Source of the DNA: Rhizobium sp. Q54
GTDB taxonomy: Bacteria; Pseudomonadota; Alphaproteobacteria; SHVZ01
Assembly: GCA_945871425.1 (NCBI GenBank)
Contig: CAMBVS010000014.1
Location: 4,497 to 68,496 of the forward strand
Direction of reading: 5' to 3'
Length of the DNA stretch: 64,000 bases
A model generated the notes under the pieces. That model was not told where the DNA came from. It made no database searches and saw only the letters and a list, made by a program, of their open reading frames with translations. Position numbers and translations under genes: made by a program. Positions 8,802-18,100 of this stretch are shown in pieces (position 1 is the first letter of the stretch; every line of letters starts with the position of its first letter).

Positions 8802-10277
8802 TCAAGGGTACGTCACCTCCAGATCAAGCGGGTAGAAGGCGCGCTCGAGCCGCGTATAGGGCATGCGTTCGACGTTGGACGAGCAGACGCCCGGTGTGTC
8901 GACATAGATGTGCCCCTCCGCCATCTTCCCGAAGATGCCGCTCCAGGCACTGGCGCATTTGGCCGAGACCATCTTCGCCGTCTCCGGCTCGACGCCGGGA
9001 ATGCGCAGATGCAGCGTGTCGAACGGAATCGCGCGCTCGCTGGTCAGGATGACCCGAACGCCGGCGGTCGCCACCGTCGCCACCAGCCCGAGATCGGCCG
9101 GCTGCCCGGTCATCCAGGTCGAGTCCCGCCTATAGCTGACCGGTGCGGCGAAGGTCACGGTGCCGTCGATCGCGACCGGCTCGCCATGCAGCGCCAGGGT
9201 CCTGCCGCCGACCTTGCCACGGAAACGCCCGCCGACGCCGATCTCGGCTGCGGCCTTCGCGGCATCCGGATCCCACATCACCACGGCGGCCTCGCGGGCA
9301 TGGCCGTCGAGGAGCGCCTTCAAGAGATGCGTGCCGTCGCCGGGCGCGCCGCCGCCGATATTGTCGGCCGGCTCGACCAGGAAGATCGGCCCGGCATTGG
9401 CGGCGACCGCGCGTCGCACCGCCTCGGCCGGCTCGACCAGGTCGGGCTTGAACTCGGCGCGGCGCGACCAGACGGCATCCGCGAGCCGGTCGGCAGCGGC
9501 CTCGGCGACACCGGCTTCGCCATAGACCAGCACGGCCATACCGAGTTGGGGCACGTCGCAATAGGCGAAGGCGCCGAGCACCGAGGCCGTGACGACCGCC
9601 GGATCCCGCTCGACCGTGGCGAGATCGCCCATGATCTCCCGCATCGGGCTCTCATGTGTCGGCTGGCGCTGCGGCACGGTGATGATCGGCAGCTTGCGGA
9701 AGACCTTGTGGGGCCTCGTGCCGGTGGCGATCAGCCCGGAGATGATCCGTGCCGCGTCTTCGCCCCGCGCGCCCATATCGACATGCGGCAAGGTCTTGTA
9801 GGCGATCAGCACATCGGCCGGATCGACCAGCGCCTGCTCGACATTGGCGTGGAAATCGATGGTGCAGACCAGCGGCAGGTCGGGGCCGACGATGTCGCGG
9901 ACGGCCTGTACGACGAAGGCATCGGCCTGGTCGATGCCGTCTGCGACCATCGCGCCGTGGAGCGCCAGCAGCACGCCGTCGAGCGGCCCGGCGGCCTCGA
10001 TGTCGGCCTTGAGCCGACCGATCAGGAGGTCGATGACCTCGCGGCTGACCATGCCCGACGGCGCCGCGCCGATGTAGATCGAGGGGATGAGCTCGAGGCC
10101 CGCGGCCGGGGCCGCCGCGATCATGCCGCCGATCTCGGTGTTGGTGCCGCGCGAGCCGGTGATGACCGCCTCGCCTTCGAGATAGAGATAGCGGCGGAAG
10201 GCGGCGAGGTCGGTCGGGACCGGCGAGAAGCTGTTGGTCTCGTGCCAGATGCCGCCGACCAGGACGCGCTTCGCCAT
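8802..10277 (-). CDS. M81 family metallopeptidase (MlrC-like)
   Basis: 'HETNSFSP', 'LALHGAMV', 'DFHAN', 'PHVDM', 'ADNIGGGAPGD'. Confidence 0.9.
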   Translation of the reverse strand: MAKRVLVGGIWHETNSFSPVPTDLAAFRRYLYLEGEAVITGSRGTNTEIGGMIAAAPAAGLELIPSIYIGAAPSGMVSREVIDLLIGRLKADIEAAGPLDGVLLALHGAMVADGIDQADAFVVQAVRDIVGPDLPLVCTIDFHANVEQALVDPADVLIAYKTLPHVDMGARGEDAARIISGLIATGTRPHKVFRKLPIITVPQRQPTHESPMREIMGDLATVERDPAVVTASVLGAFAYCDVPQLGMAVLVYGEAGVAEAAADRLADAVWSRRAEFKPDLVEPAEAVRRAVAANAGPIFLVEPADNIGGGAPGDGTHLLKALLDGHAREAAVVMWDPDAAKAAAEIGVGGRFRGKVGGRTLALHGEPVAIDGTVTFAAPVSYRRDSTWMTGQPADLGLVATVATAGVRVILTSERAIPFDTLHLRIPGVEPETAKMVSAKCASAWSGIFGKMAEGHIYVDTPGVCSSNVERMPYTRLERAFYPLDLEVTYP

Positions 10278-10281
10278 CGGC

Positions 10282-11058
10282 CTATTTCCCCTTGCCCTTG
10301 ATCGCGTCCAGGCCGGCCTTATAGGCGGATGCGATCAGCATGGTGTCGGTCGAGTAAATGACCATGCGGAAGCCCTTCTTCATCCACGCCTTGGCCGCCT
10401 CGGGCGAGGCCACCAGGCAGACGCCCGGCTTCTTGTGGCGCTTGCAGGCGGCGATCACCTTGTCGACCGCGGCGGAGAACCTCGGATGCGTGTAGTTGCC
10501 GGGCACGCCGAGCGAGACCGAGAGGTCCATATGGCCGACGAAGGCGGCGTCGATGCCCGGCACCGAGATGATCTCCTCGATGTTCTCGACACCCTTCGCC
10601 GTCTCGATCTTCGGAATGATCATGTTGCGCTTGTCGGCGGCCTTGATCTGCTTGTCGAGTCCGCCCAGCGAGTAGTCGTCCTGGGCGATGCCGAAGGCGA
10701 CGCCGCGCTTGCCCTTCGGCGGATAGTGCGTGACCGCCGCGATCCTCTCCGCCTGCTCGCGGGTCTCGACCACCGGGATCATCAGCCCCATGGCGCCGCA
10801 GTCGAGCGGCAGCTGGATCATCACCGGGTCCTGCGAGGCGACGTTGACCATCGGCACGATCCTGAGGCCGCGGCACATCGCCATCTGGTCCTTGATCTTG
10901 CCGATGTCGAAGCAGGCCGCCTCCATGTCGTACATGATGAAGTCGGCGCCTGCGTTCTCGAAGATCTTGGCGAGGCCCGGCCCCGCCAGATCGAGGATCA
11001 TCGTGCCGAAGGCGGCCTCGCCGCGCGCCAGCTTCGCCTTCACCGGATTGGGCCGCAT
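10282..11058 (-). CDS. HpcH/HpaI aldolase/citrate lyase family protein
   Basis: 'DFIMYDME', 'LDCGAMGLMIP', 'YPPKGKRG', 'IETAKGVENIEEI..VPGIDAAFVG..DLS'. Confidence 0.88.
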   Translation of the reverse strand: MRPNPVKAKLARGEAAFGTMILDLAGPGLAKIFENAGADFIMYDMEAACFDIGKIKDQMAMCRGLRIVPMVNVASQDPVMIQLPLDCGAMGLMIPVVETREQAERIAAVTHYPPKGKRGVAFGIAQDDYSLGGLDKQIKAADKRNMIIPKIETAKGVENIEEIISVPGIDAAFVGHMDLSVSLGVPGNYTHPRFSAAVDKVIAACKRHKKPGVCLVASPEAAKAWMKKGFRMVIYSTDTMLIASAYKAGLDAIKGKGK

Positions 11059-11147
11059 GTTTCCTCGCAGAAATTGTAAGCGGCGCATCCTAGGCTCGGA
11101 TGAACCGAGGCGCTAGACTGCGTTCACGATCGGAAATCGGAGGAACG

Positions 11148-11915
11148 ATGCTCGAGCAGTTCTCGCTCAAGGGGAAGGTCGCGCTGGTCACCGGCTCGTC
11201 CAGGGGCCTGGGATGGGCGATCGCCGACGCTCTCGGCGGCGCCGGCGCGCATGTCGTGCTGAACGGCCGCGACTCTGGCCGTCTCGCGCCCCGGCTGGAA
11301 GAAGCGAAGAAGCGTAGCTGGGGCGGCGTCTCCTCCACGATCTTCGACGTCACCGACGGGCCGGCGGTCGCTGCCGGCGTCGCCAGGATCGAGGCGGACC
11401 AGGGCCATCTCGACATCCTGGTCAACAACGCCGGCATCGTCATCCGGAAGCCGACGCTGGAGACCACCGACGCCGACTGGCAGACGGTGATCGATTCCGA
11501 CCTCACCGCCTGTTTCCGCCTGTCGCGCGAGGCCGCCCGCGGCATGACCAGGCGCAAATGGGGGCGGATCATCATGATCTCCTCGGTGATGGGCACCATC
11601 GCCAGGCCCACCATCGCCTCCTATGTCGCCTCCAAGGCCGGCCTCCATGGCCTGACGCGCGCGCTCGGCGTCGAGCTCGGCCCGATGGGGGTCAACGTCA
11701 ACTGCATCGGGCCCGGCTTCTATCCGACCGAGGCCAACGACGTCGTCCGCAACAACAAGCAGTTCTACGACTGGGTCAGCGGCCGCTCTCCGCTCGGCCG
11801 CTGGGGCGATCCCAAGGAGCTCGGCGGCGCTGCGATCTACTTCGCCTCGGAGGCGTCGTCCTTCTGCAACGGCCAGGTCCTGACCATCGACGGCGGCATG
11901 ATCGCGGCACTCTGA
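11148..11915 (+). CDS. SDR oxidoreductase (gluconate 5-dehydrogenase-like)
   Basis: 'TGSSRGLG', 'NNAG', 'YVASK'; SD GGAGG before ATG 11148. Confidence 0.9.
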   Translation: MLEQFSLKGKVALVTGSSRGLGWAIADALGGAGAHVVLNGRDSGRLAPRLEEAKKRSWGGVSSTIFDVTDGPAVAAGVARIEADQGHLDILVNNAGIVIRKPTLETTDADWQTVIDSDLTACFRLSREAARGMTRRKWGRIIMISSVMGTIARPTIASYVASKAGLHGLTRALGVELGPMGVNVNCIGPGFYPTEANDVVRNNKQFYDWVSGRSPLGRWGDPKELGGAAIYFASEASSFCNGQVLTIDGGMIAAL

Positions 11916-11983
11916 CGCCGGGTCGGCGGACAAAGGGCCCCTCGCCTGCGCTATTCTGCGGTCATGTCGCCTTCGATCCGCCG

Positions 11984-13045
11984 ATGACGAACCGCCAGCA
12001 ACGGCGTGCCGCCGCCAAGAAGAGCGGCCGCTCCGCTGTCGACGAGTTCAACGCAGGTGCCGCGGCGATGGCGGAGGGACGGCTTGATCTGGCCGAGGCG
12101 CATCTGCGCCGCTCGCTGCTCCTCAAGCAGACGCGCCAGGCTCATCACAACCTCGGAAGCGTGCTGACCGACCGCGGCGCGGCGGCGGAGGCGGTCGGGC
12201 ATTTCCGCCAGGCGCTCCGTCACAGCCCCGCCGATTCCCGGCATCACAACTCCCTGGTCAAGCCGCTCCACCTTCTCGGCCGCCAGACCGAGGCCATTGC
12301 CAGCGGGTCACGGACGCTGATCCTCAAGGATGCCGAGGCTCTCGGTTCCTGGAGCGGGTCGGCGGCCCCGTCCCCCGACCTGCCTGCCGGGTCGGATCGC
12401 CACCGCGACGTGGTCGCGTTCAGCCTGTGGGGCGATGTCCCGCTCTACACGCGCGGCGCCATCGAGAACGCCGCCGCGATCCCGAGCCTGCTGCCGGGCT
12501 GGACCTGTCGCGTCTATCACGACGACTCAGTGCCGAAGGGAATTCTCGGCGAACTCGCCGCCAGAGGCGCGGAGCTGGTGGCCATGCCCCCCCATCGCGA
12601 AACCGGCCTCGGCCTCTTCTGGCGCTTCGGCGTTGCCGTCGATCCGTCGGTCCGCCGGTTCCTGTGCCGGGACGCCGATTCGCGCCCCTCGCCGCGCGAG
12701 GCGGCGGCCGTCGAGGCCTGGGTCGCTTCCGGCCGCGACTTCCACATCATCCGGGATGAAGTCCTGCATTGCGAGGTGATGCTTGCCGGTCTCTGGGGCG
12801 GCAAAGCAGGGCTCCTCCCCGATCTGCCGGAGCGGGCGGCGCGCTGGCAGGCGGCGAACCCGCACCGAATGAACGCCCGCGTCGAGGACCAGCGCTTCCT
12901 CCGCTTCGAGGTGTGGCCGCTGGCGCGCGGCCGCGCGCTGATCCACGACTCGGTCTATCGGGTTCTGGGCAGTGTCGACTTCCCGGCCGGCGCGCCACGC
13001 CCGGCGGGCGAGCATGTCGGCATGCGCCGTCAACCGGCCGGCTGA
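11984..13045 (+). CDS. TPR-repeat protein with C-terminal uncharacterised DxD-containing (GT-A-like) domain
   Basis: N-terminal TPRs ('AHHNLGSVL...AEAVGHFRQAL'); 'VAFSLWG..Y..GAIENA', 'FWRF', 'RDADSR', 'FHIIRD..H...MLAGLWGG'. Confidence 0.7.
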   Translation: MTNRQQRRAAAKKSGRSAVDEFNAGAAAMAEGRLDLAEAHLRRSLLLKQTRQAHHNLGSVLTDRGAAAEAVGHFRQALRHSPADSRHHNSLVKPLHLLGRQTEAIASGSRTLILKDAEALGSWSGSAAPSPDLPAGSDRHRDVVAFSLWGDVPLYTRGAIENAAAIPSLLPGWTCRVYHDDSVPKGILGELAARGAELVAMPPHRETGLGLFWRFGVAVDPSVRRFLCRDADSRPSPREAAAVEAWVASGRDFHIIRDEVLHCEVMLAGLWGGKAGLLPDLPERAARWQAANPHRMNARVEDQRFLRFEVWPLARGRALIHDSVYRVLGSVDFPAGAPRPAGEHVGMRRQPAG

Positions 13046-13755
13046 TCTGCCTCTGCCAGCAACCGATCGGACGCCGCCTCGACCCGCTCCTCGATCATGC
13101 GCGCGACCTTGGCCCGAGGCAGGCCGGGCGGAATCGGGTCGAGGAACTCGAGCGTGATCGTCCCCGGATGCTTGAGGAAGCTTCGCCTCGGCCAGAAGCG
13201 GCCCGAATTGAGGGCGGCCGGGACGACCGACGTGGCGAGGTGGGTGTAGAGTCCGACCGCGCCCGGCTGATAGGGCGCCTTGACGCCGGGCGCCACCCGC
13301 GTCCCCTGCGGGAAGATGACGATCTTGCGGCCGAGCGCGAGCGACGCCGTCGCGTGCGTGATCACCTTCCGCATGGCGACCGCCCCGCCCTTGCGGTCGA
13401 TCGGGATCATGCCCGACTTGATCAGGCACCAGCCGAAGAAAGGCACCATCAGAAGCTCTCGCTTCAGGATATAGACGGGTGCGTCGAAGACGGCGAAGTA
13501 GACGATGGTCTCCCAAGTGGACTGGTGCTTGCAGGCGACGATGGCGCCACCCTCCGGAACCTTCTCTCGGCCGATGACGCGATAGCGGAGGCCGCAGATC
13601 ACCCTCAGCATGAACAGCAGGCTCCAGGACCAGCCGCGCGCATAGGCAATCATGACGCGCTCGGGCAGCGCCAGCAGCGGCACTGCGACGAGAACGACGA
13701 CGCCGGTCCAGGCGAAGAACAGGACATTGAAGACGGCCGACCTGATCCAGATCAC
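13030..13755 (-). CDS. plsC: 1-acyl-sn-glycerol-3-phosphate acyltransferase
   Basis: 'KHQSTWET', 'IFPQGTR' acyltransferase blocks. Confidence 0.9.
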   Translation of the reverse strand: MIWIRSAVFNVLFFAWTGVVVLVAVPLLALPERVMIAYARGWSWSLLFMLRVICGLRYRVIGREKVPEGGAIVACKHQSTWETIVYFAVFDAPVYILKRELLMVPFFGWCLIKSGMIPIDRKGGAVAMRKVITHATASLALGRKIVIFPQGTRVAPGVKAPYQPGAVGLYTHLATSVVPAALNSGRFWPRRSFLKHPGTITLEFLDPIPPGLPRAKVARMIEERVEAASDRLLAEADQPAG

Positions 13756-14399
13756 GAGGGAGACTCCGGTTGAGGTCGCACGCCCAGGATGTCGGCGAGG
13801 CCGATGCGAAGCTGAGCCAGCACGTATTTATGATACTCGATGATCACCAACGCGGCCGACCCCGGCCATTGCCACCAGCCGTCCCGCTTGAAGGTTTCCG
13901 GGAAGACCGGAAAAGGCACGATGCGCGCACCTGGAAGCGCGCGGTGGAATTCCGTGAGGCTTCGCGGCATATGATACGTCGCCGTCACCAGCGTCAGCGA
14001 GGTGAATCTCTCGCGACGCATCCAGCCGGCAGTTTCGACGGCGTTGCCGACCGTGTCCGTCGCCTCGTAGCCGAGCGAGACGCAACACTCGGCGAGCGCC
14101 CGCAGCCGCGGGTCGCCGCCGGCGATCTCGGCCTTGACCACGTCGGGATGCACGCCCGAGACCAGCAGCTTCCTGACCTCGCCGCGGGCCAGCAGATCGA
14201 GGCCGGTCGAGAGGCGGCGGCTGCCGCCGGTCAGCACCACCACCGCATCGGTCGGCGGGACGTCCGCCGGCGGCACCGTCGGCATCTCGCCTGCGAACCA
14301 GGCGAGGCCCATCGTCCAGGCACCGAACGCGACGCCGAACAGCGCAAGCTGCAACCAGCGTCGCTGCCCGTTCCGGCGCTGTCGGAAGCTCAGCCTCAC
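13752..14399 (-). CDS. YdcF/ElyC (DUF218) family protein
   Basis: 'VVLTGGSRR', 'TVGNAVET', 'VTATYHMPRS', 'EYHKY'. Confidence 0.88.
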   Translation of the reverse strand: MRLSFRQRRNGQRRWLQLALFGVAFGAWTMGLAWFAGEMPTVPPADVPPTDAVVVLTGGSRRLSTGLDLLARGEVRKLLVSGVHPDVVKAEIAGGDPRLRALAECCVSLGYEATDTVGNAVETAGWMRRERFTSLTLVTATYHMPRSLTEFHRALPGARIVPFPVFPETFKRDGWWQWPGSAALVIIEYHKYVLAQLRIGLADILGVRPQPESPS

Positions 14400-15274
14400 G
14401 GCATCCGCTTCAGCTGGCGGTGGACCGTGGCGAGCGCTGCCAGCAGCGCGACCACCGCTGCGGCGAGGGGCAGCGAGGCGATCACCGCCCAGGCAAGCGC
14501 CGACAGCTTCACCTCCGGCAACGGCAGCGGGCCGAAGGCACCCCGGCCCTCGGCCAGGACCGCGACCAGGGAGACGGCGGCGGCCAGGCCGATCAACCCG
14601 CCCTTCAGCGTCGCCCTAAACGCATGCCGGGCGAACTGGCGCGCGATATAGCCGTCGCGCGCACCGATCAGGTGCAGGACCTCGACGACATCGCCGTGGA
14701 TGGCGAGGCCGGTGCGGACGGCAAATCCGACCGCGGCGACGGAAAGCACGCCGATCAGCCCGACCACTGCGAGCGCGACCGCCTCGACCGCCCTGACCAC
14801 CGCGCCGACGCCGGCGAGCCAGAGCGCGTGATCGTCGAGCTTCGCTCCCGGAACCTCCTCCGCCAGCCGCTCGGCCAGCTCGCCCAGGTCCAGCCGCGCA
14901 TCGTCGGCGAGTCGGACCTCGATCAGCGCCGGCAGGGGCAGTTCGGCCAGGTGGGCGCCGACGCCGAGCCAGGGCTCGACCAGGCGCTCGAGACGTTCCC
15001 TCGGCACCATGCTCGCCTCGGCGACGCCCACCGTCGCCTTAAGGAGAGCAAGGGCCGATTCCTCGCGCGACGTGCCGGGGGCGTCCGCCCGCGTCGGCAC
15101 CTCGACCGTCAGCGTGCCCGCCAGGTCGTGCTGCCAGCGGGCCGCCACGGTCTGCGCCAGCATGGCGCCGGCGAGGGCCAGCGCCGCGAGAAACACCATG
15201 GCGCCGGCAACCCAGGGCAGGAACCGGGCCGAGGCATCGCCTGCAAGCGGCAGGTCGCGGCCCGAGCTACTCAC
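14396..15274 (-). CDS. ftsX: Cell division permease FtsX
   Basis: 4-TM layout, 'LPLPALIEV', '[18 protein letters not shown]'; GTG start overlapping the ftsE stop. Confidence 0.88.
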   Translation of the reverse strand: MSSSGRDLPLAGDASARFLPWVAGAMVFLAALALAGAMLAQTVAARWQHDLAGTLTVEVPTRADAPGTSREESALALLKATVGVAEASMVPRERLERLVEPWLGVGAHLAELPLPALIEVRLADDARLDLGELAERLAEEVPGAKLDDHALWLAGVGAVVRAVEAVALAVVGLIGVLSVAAVGFAVRTGLAIHGDVVEVLHLIGARDGYIARQFARHAFRATLKGGLIGLAAAVSLVAVLAEGRGAFGPLPLPEVKLSALAWAVIASLPLAAAVVALLAALATVHRQLKRMP

Positions 15275-15962
15275 CGGCCCGCACCCTCTTCGCACGCGGC
15301 CGCCCGGGGATGGGATAGAGCCGCCCGTCCTCCAGGTGAAGCTGCGGATGGGGGAACCGGGCGACCAGCGCATCGTTATGGGTGGCTATCACCACCGTGG
15401 TCCCCACCTTGTTGAGCTCCTCGAACAGGTACATGAGCCGGAGCGCGATGCGGTCGTCGACATTGCCGGTGGGCTCGTCGGCGAGCAGCAGGCTCGGCCG
15501 CCCGATAACGGCGCGGGCGATGGCGATCCGCTGCTGCTGGCCGCCGGAGAGGGTCGGCGGCAGGTCTTCGAGGTGGTCGGCAAGCCCGACCCAGCTGAGC
15601 AGTTCGGCCACATGGTCATGGACCTGGGCCTCCCGGGCGCCCGCGACTCGAAGCGGCAGCGCCACATTGTCGAGGGCCGAGAGATGACCGATCAGGCGAA
15701 AGTCCTGGAAGACGACGCCGATCCGCCGGCGGATCGACGGCAGCTCGCTCCGCGTGATCCTGGCGACGTCGCGGTCGAAGAGATGGATCGTGCCGCCGAC
15801 CGGCTTCAGCGCCAGGTAGAGCAGCCGCAACAAGGTGGACTTGCCGGCACCCGACGGTCCGGTGAGGAAATGGAACGAGCCCGGCGCAAGCTCGAAGCTG
15901 AGGCCGGTGAGCACATCGGGCCCCTGGCCGTACCGCGCCGCCACGTCCTCGAAGCGTACCAA
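15267..15962 (-). CDS. ftsE: Cell division ATP-binding protein FtsE
   Basis: Walker A 'GPSGAGKS', '[13 protein letters not shown]', 'LSGGQQQR', '[10 protein letters not shown]'; TTG start inferred. Confidence 0.92.
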   Translation of the reverse strand: MVRFEDVAARYGQGPDVLTGLSFELAPGSFHFLTGPSGAGKSTLLRLLYLALKPVGGTIHLFDRDVARITRSELPSIRRRIGVVFQDFRLIGHLSALDNVALPLRVAGAREAQVHDHVAELLSWVGLADHLEDLPPTLSGGQQQRIAIARAVIGRPSLLLADEPTGNVDDRIALRLMYLFEELNKVGTTVVIATHNDALVARFPHPQLHLEDGRLYPIPGRPRAKRVRAGE

Positions 15963-16166
15963 CCGCGCCTGACCCTTTCCGATCGCGATCTTGCCCGCCC
16001 GACTTGGTCGAGAGCGGGGCGGCCGCACCATGACACGGGCGGCAAAGCCCCGTAAAGCTGCCCCTATCAGCCCGCAACCATCTGCCACGCCTTGCAAAAT
16101 GGCGGCGGCGCACCCTATAGATGAAGGGCGCCCGGCGCCATCCGCCAACGGGGAGCCCGACCCGGC

Positions 16167-16844
16167 TTGATTCTCATCTGTCCCGCCTGCGGCAAACGCT
16201 ATCTGGTGCCTTCGAGCGCGCTCGGGTCTCCCGGCCGTCGGGTCCGGTGCGCAGCATGCGGAGAAACCTGGTTCCAGGAGCCCCCGGCGCAGGACGCCGA
16301 CACCGCGGTGGCCTTCGAGGAGCCGGTGATCGATCCGCCGCCCGAGGACATCGAGCCGCCGCCTCTCCGCGCCGGGTCGAACCTCCCGGCGCTTCGCCGG
16401 CGGCCGGAAAAGAAGCGGCTGCCGGTCGGCTGGATCCTGCTCGGGCTTTTCATCGTCGCCGTGGTCGCGGGCGGCGTCTTCGGCCGTGGCATCATCGTCA
16501 GCGCCTGGCCGCCGTCGGCACGGCTCTACGAATTGGTGGGTCTACCGGTCCCGGTGCCCGGCGCCGGCCTCGTGCTCCATGACGTCGCGACGGAGCGGAT
16601 GAGCCAGGGGGGCGTGCCCGTCCTGGTCGTCACCGGCACCATCGCCAATCCGACCCAGGAAGTTAAGAACGTGCCGAAGCTGCGGGTCAGCCTCCGCGAC
16701 GGGCGGCGGCGAGAGGTCCAGAGCTGGGTATTCGCAGCCGACACCGCCAAGCTCGTTCCGGGCGAGTTCGTGAAGTTCGGAAGCGAGTTCGCCAATCCCT
16801 CGACCGAAGCGGTCGACCTCACGCTGACCTTCACTCACGAGTGA
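16167..16844 (+). CDS. MJ0042-type zinc-ribbon / DUF3426 bitopic membrane protein (ZitP-like)
   Basis: 'CPACGKRY...VRCAACGETWF', proline-rich linker, single TM, periplasmic Ig-like domain; divergent from ftsE. Confidence 0.85.
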   Translation: MILICPACGKRYLVPSSALGSPGRRVRCAACGETWFQEPPAQDADTAVAFEEPVIDPPPEDIEPPPLRAGSNLPALRRRPEKKRLPVGWILLGLFIVAVVAGGVFGRGIIVSAWPPSARLYELVGLPVPVPGAGLVLHDVATERMSQGGVPVLVVTGTIANPTQEVKNVPKLRVSLRDGRRREVQSWVFAADTAKLVPGEFVKFGSEFANPSTEAVDLTLTFTHE

Positions 16845-16859
16845 GCCGGCAGGCGGGCC

Positions 16860-18017
16860 TCACGCCCCGCCGACGAGGCGCTGCGCCAGGAGCCGGGTGC
16901 CGTTGTTCCGCCGATAGGCGCCGGCCGCGTCCTCTGCGTCGCGAATGAAGGCGGAATGGCCCTCCAGCATCGTCTCGAGCGCCAAGACCAGTGCGGCCGG
17001 GTCGGGGCTGGTGGCCAGCCCGATGCGAGCATCGGCCATGATCTCCGCCGCCATCGAGGTTTCGTTGGCGGCGATGACGGGGCGTCCGAACCAGCGGGCC
17101 TCGGCGAAGACCGCGGAGGTTCCGATCCGGTAGGCAGGCCCGAGATAGGGAAGCAGCAGCACGTCCGCCGATCGGATGAGCGCGTGATAGGACGGGCGGT
17201 CGAGGTAGCCCTCGATGACGGTCGCTCCGCTCGCCGCGATCTCCGCAGCCGACACGTCCTCCGTCGGGCAGTACTGCACCACGAACTCGACATCGGTTCG
17301 ACGCGCGAGGACGCGCCGGATCACGTCCGGCAGGAGCGCGAAGCCCTTCGAATTGCGGCTGCTGCCACAGGTGAGCACGCGCCGGCGGCCGGATGAGCCG
17401 ACGCCGGCCTCGGGCGAGGCGGGCGCGTCTGCGAGCTCGCCGACGGGATAGGGGGCCCGCTCGACCGTCCGGCCGGCGATGGTCGAGAACTCGCGCGCCT
17501 GCCGATCCGAGAGGGTGAGGAAGGTGACGCGGTCGCCGGGGAACTGCGAGAATCCGTAGCGATAGAACAGCTGGTCCAGCGTCCCGGCGCCGCCTTCGAT
17601 CGCGAACTCGAAGTGGCCGGGCAGCATCACGAACAGATGGCGCGGCGGCAGAGTCCATTCGCGGGCCCAGCGGCCGAGGCCGGCGAGCGAGTTGTGGCTC
17701 GCGGTCGCATACAGGAGGGTGGACACTTCCATATCCAGCACGTCGGACAGCCGGTTGAGATCCCGGTAGAGGCGCTCGTTCTGCAGCTGGAACCGGTCGA
17801 GGTCGACCAGCATCGGATCCTCGGTCGTCGTCTGCCCGAGGACATCGAAGAAGGGCGTTATCTCCTGGTGGTCGTTGAGGTGCGGATTGTTGGTGCGGTG
17901 ACAGAAGATATGGCCGGGGACGCCGAGGCCGGCCGCGGCGGCGAGCAGCGCCGTATCCAGCTCGAAGTGGTGCCCCGCGATCATGTGCAGACCTGGGTCG
18001 ATGATCACGAGGGCCAT
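16860..18017 (-). CDS. GT-B glycosyltransferase (GT4-like)
   Basis: 'IIDPGL...GHHFE', 'KGFALL', 'ADVLLLPY...TSAVFAEA..GRPVI'. Confidence 0.75.
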   Translation of the reverse strand: MALVIIDPGLHMIAGHHFELDTALLAAAAGLGVPGHIFCHRTNNPHLNDHQEITPFFDVLGQTTTEDPMLVDLDRFQLQNERLYRDLNRLSDVLDMEVSTLLYATASHNSLAGLGRWAREWTLPPRHLFVMLPGHFEFAIEGGAGTLDQLFYRYGFSQFPGDRVTFLTLSDRQAREFSTIAGRTVERAPYPVGELADAPASPEAGVGSSGRRRVLTCGSSRNSKGFALLPDVIRRVLARRTDVEFVVQYCPTEDVSAAEIAASGATVIEGYLDRPSYHALIRSADVLLLPYLGPAYRIGTSAVFAEARWFGRPVIAANETSMAAEIMADARIGLATSPDPAALVLALETMLEGHSAFIRDAEDAAGAYRRNNGTRLLAQRLVGGA

Positions 18018-18100
18018 GCGAGGGCGCGCCTCTATCGTCCAGGCGTCGGTGCGGCGATGCCGGCCGGAATACCCCGAATCGGCGAGGTCGCCAAGGCCCG

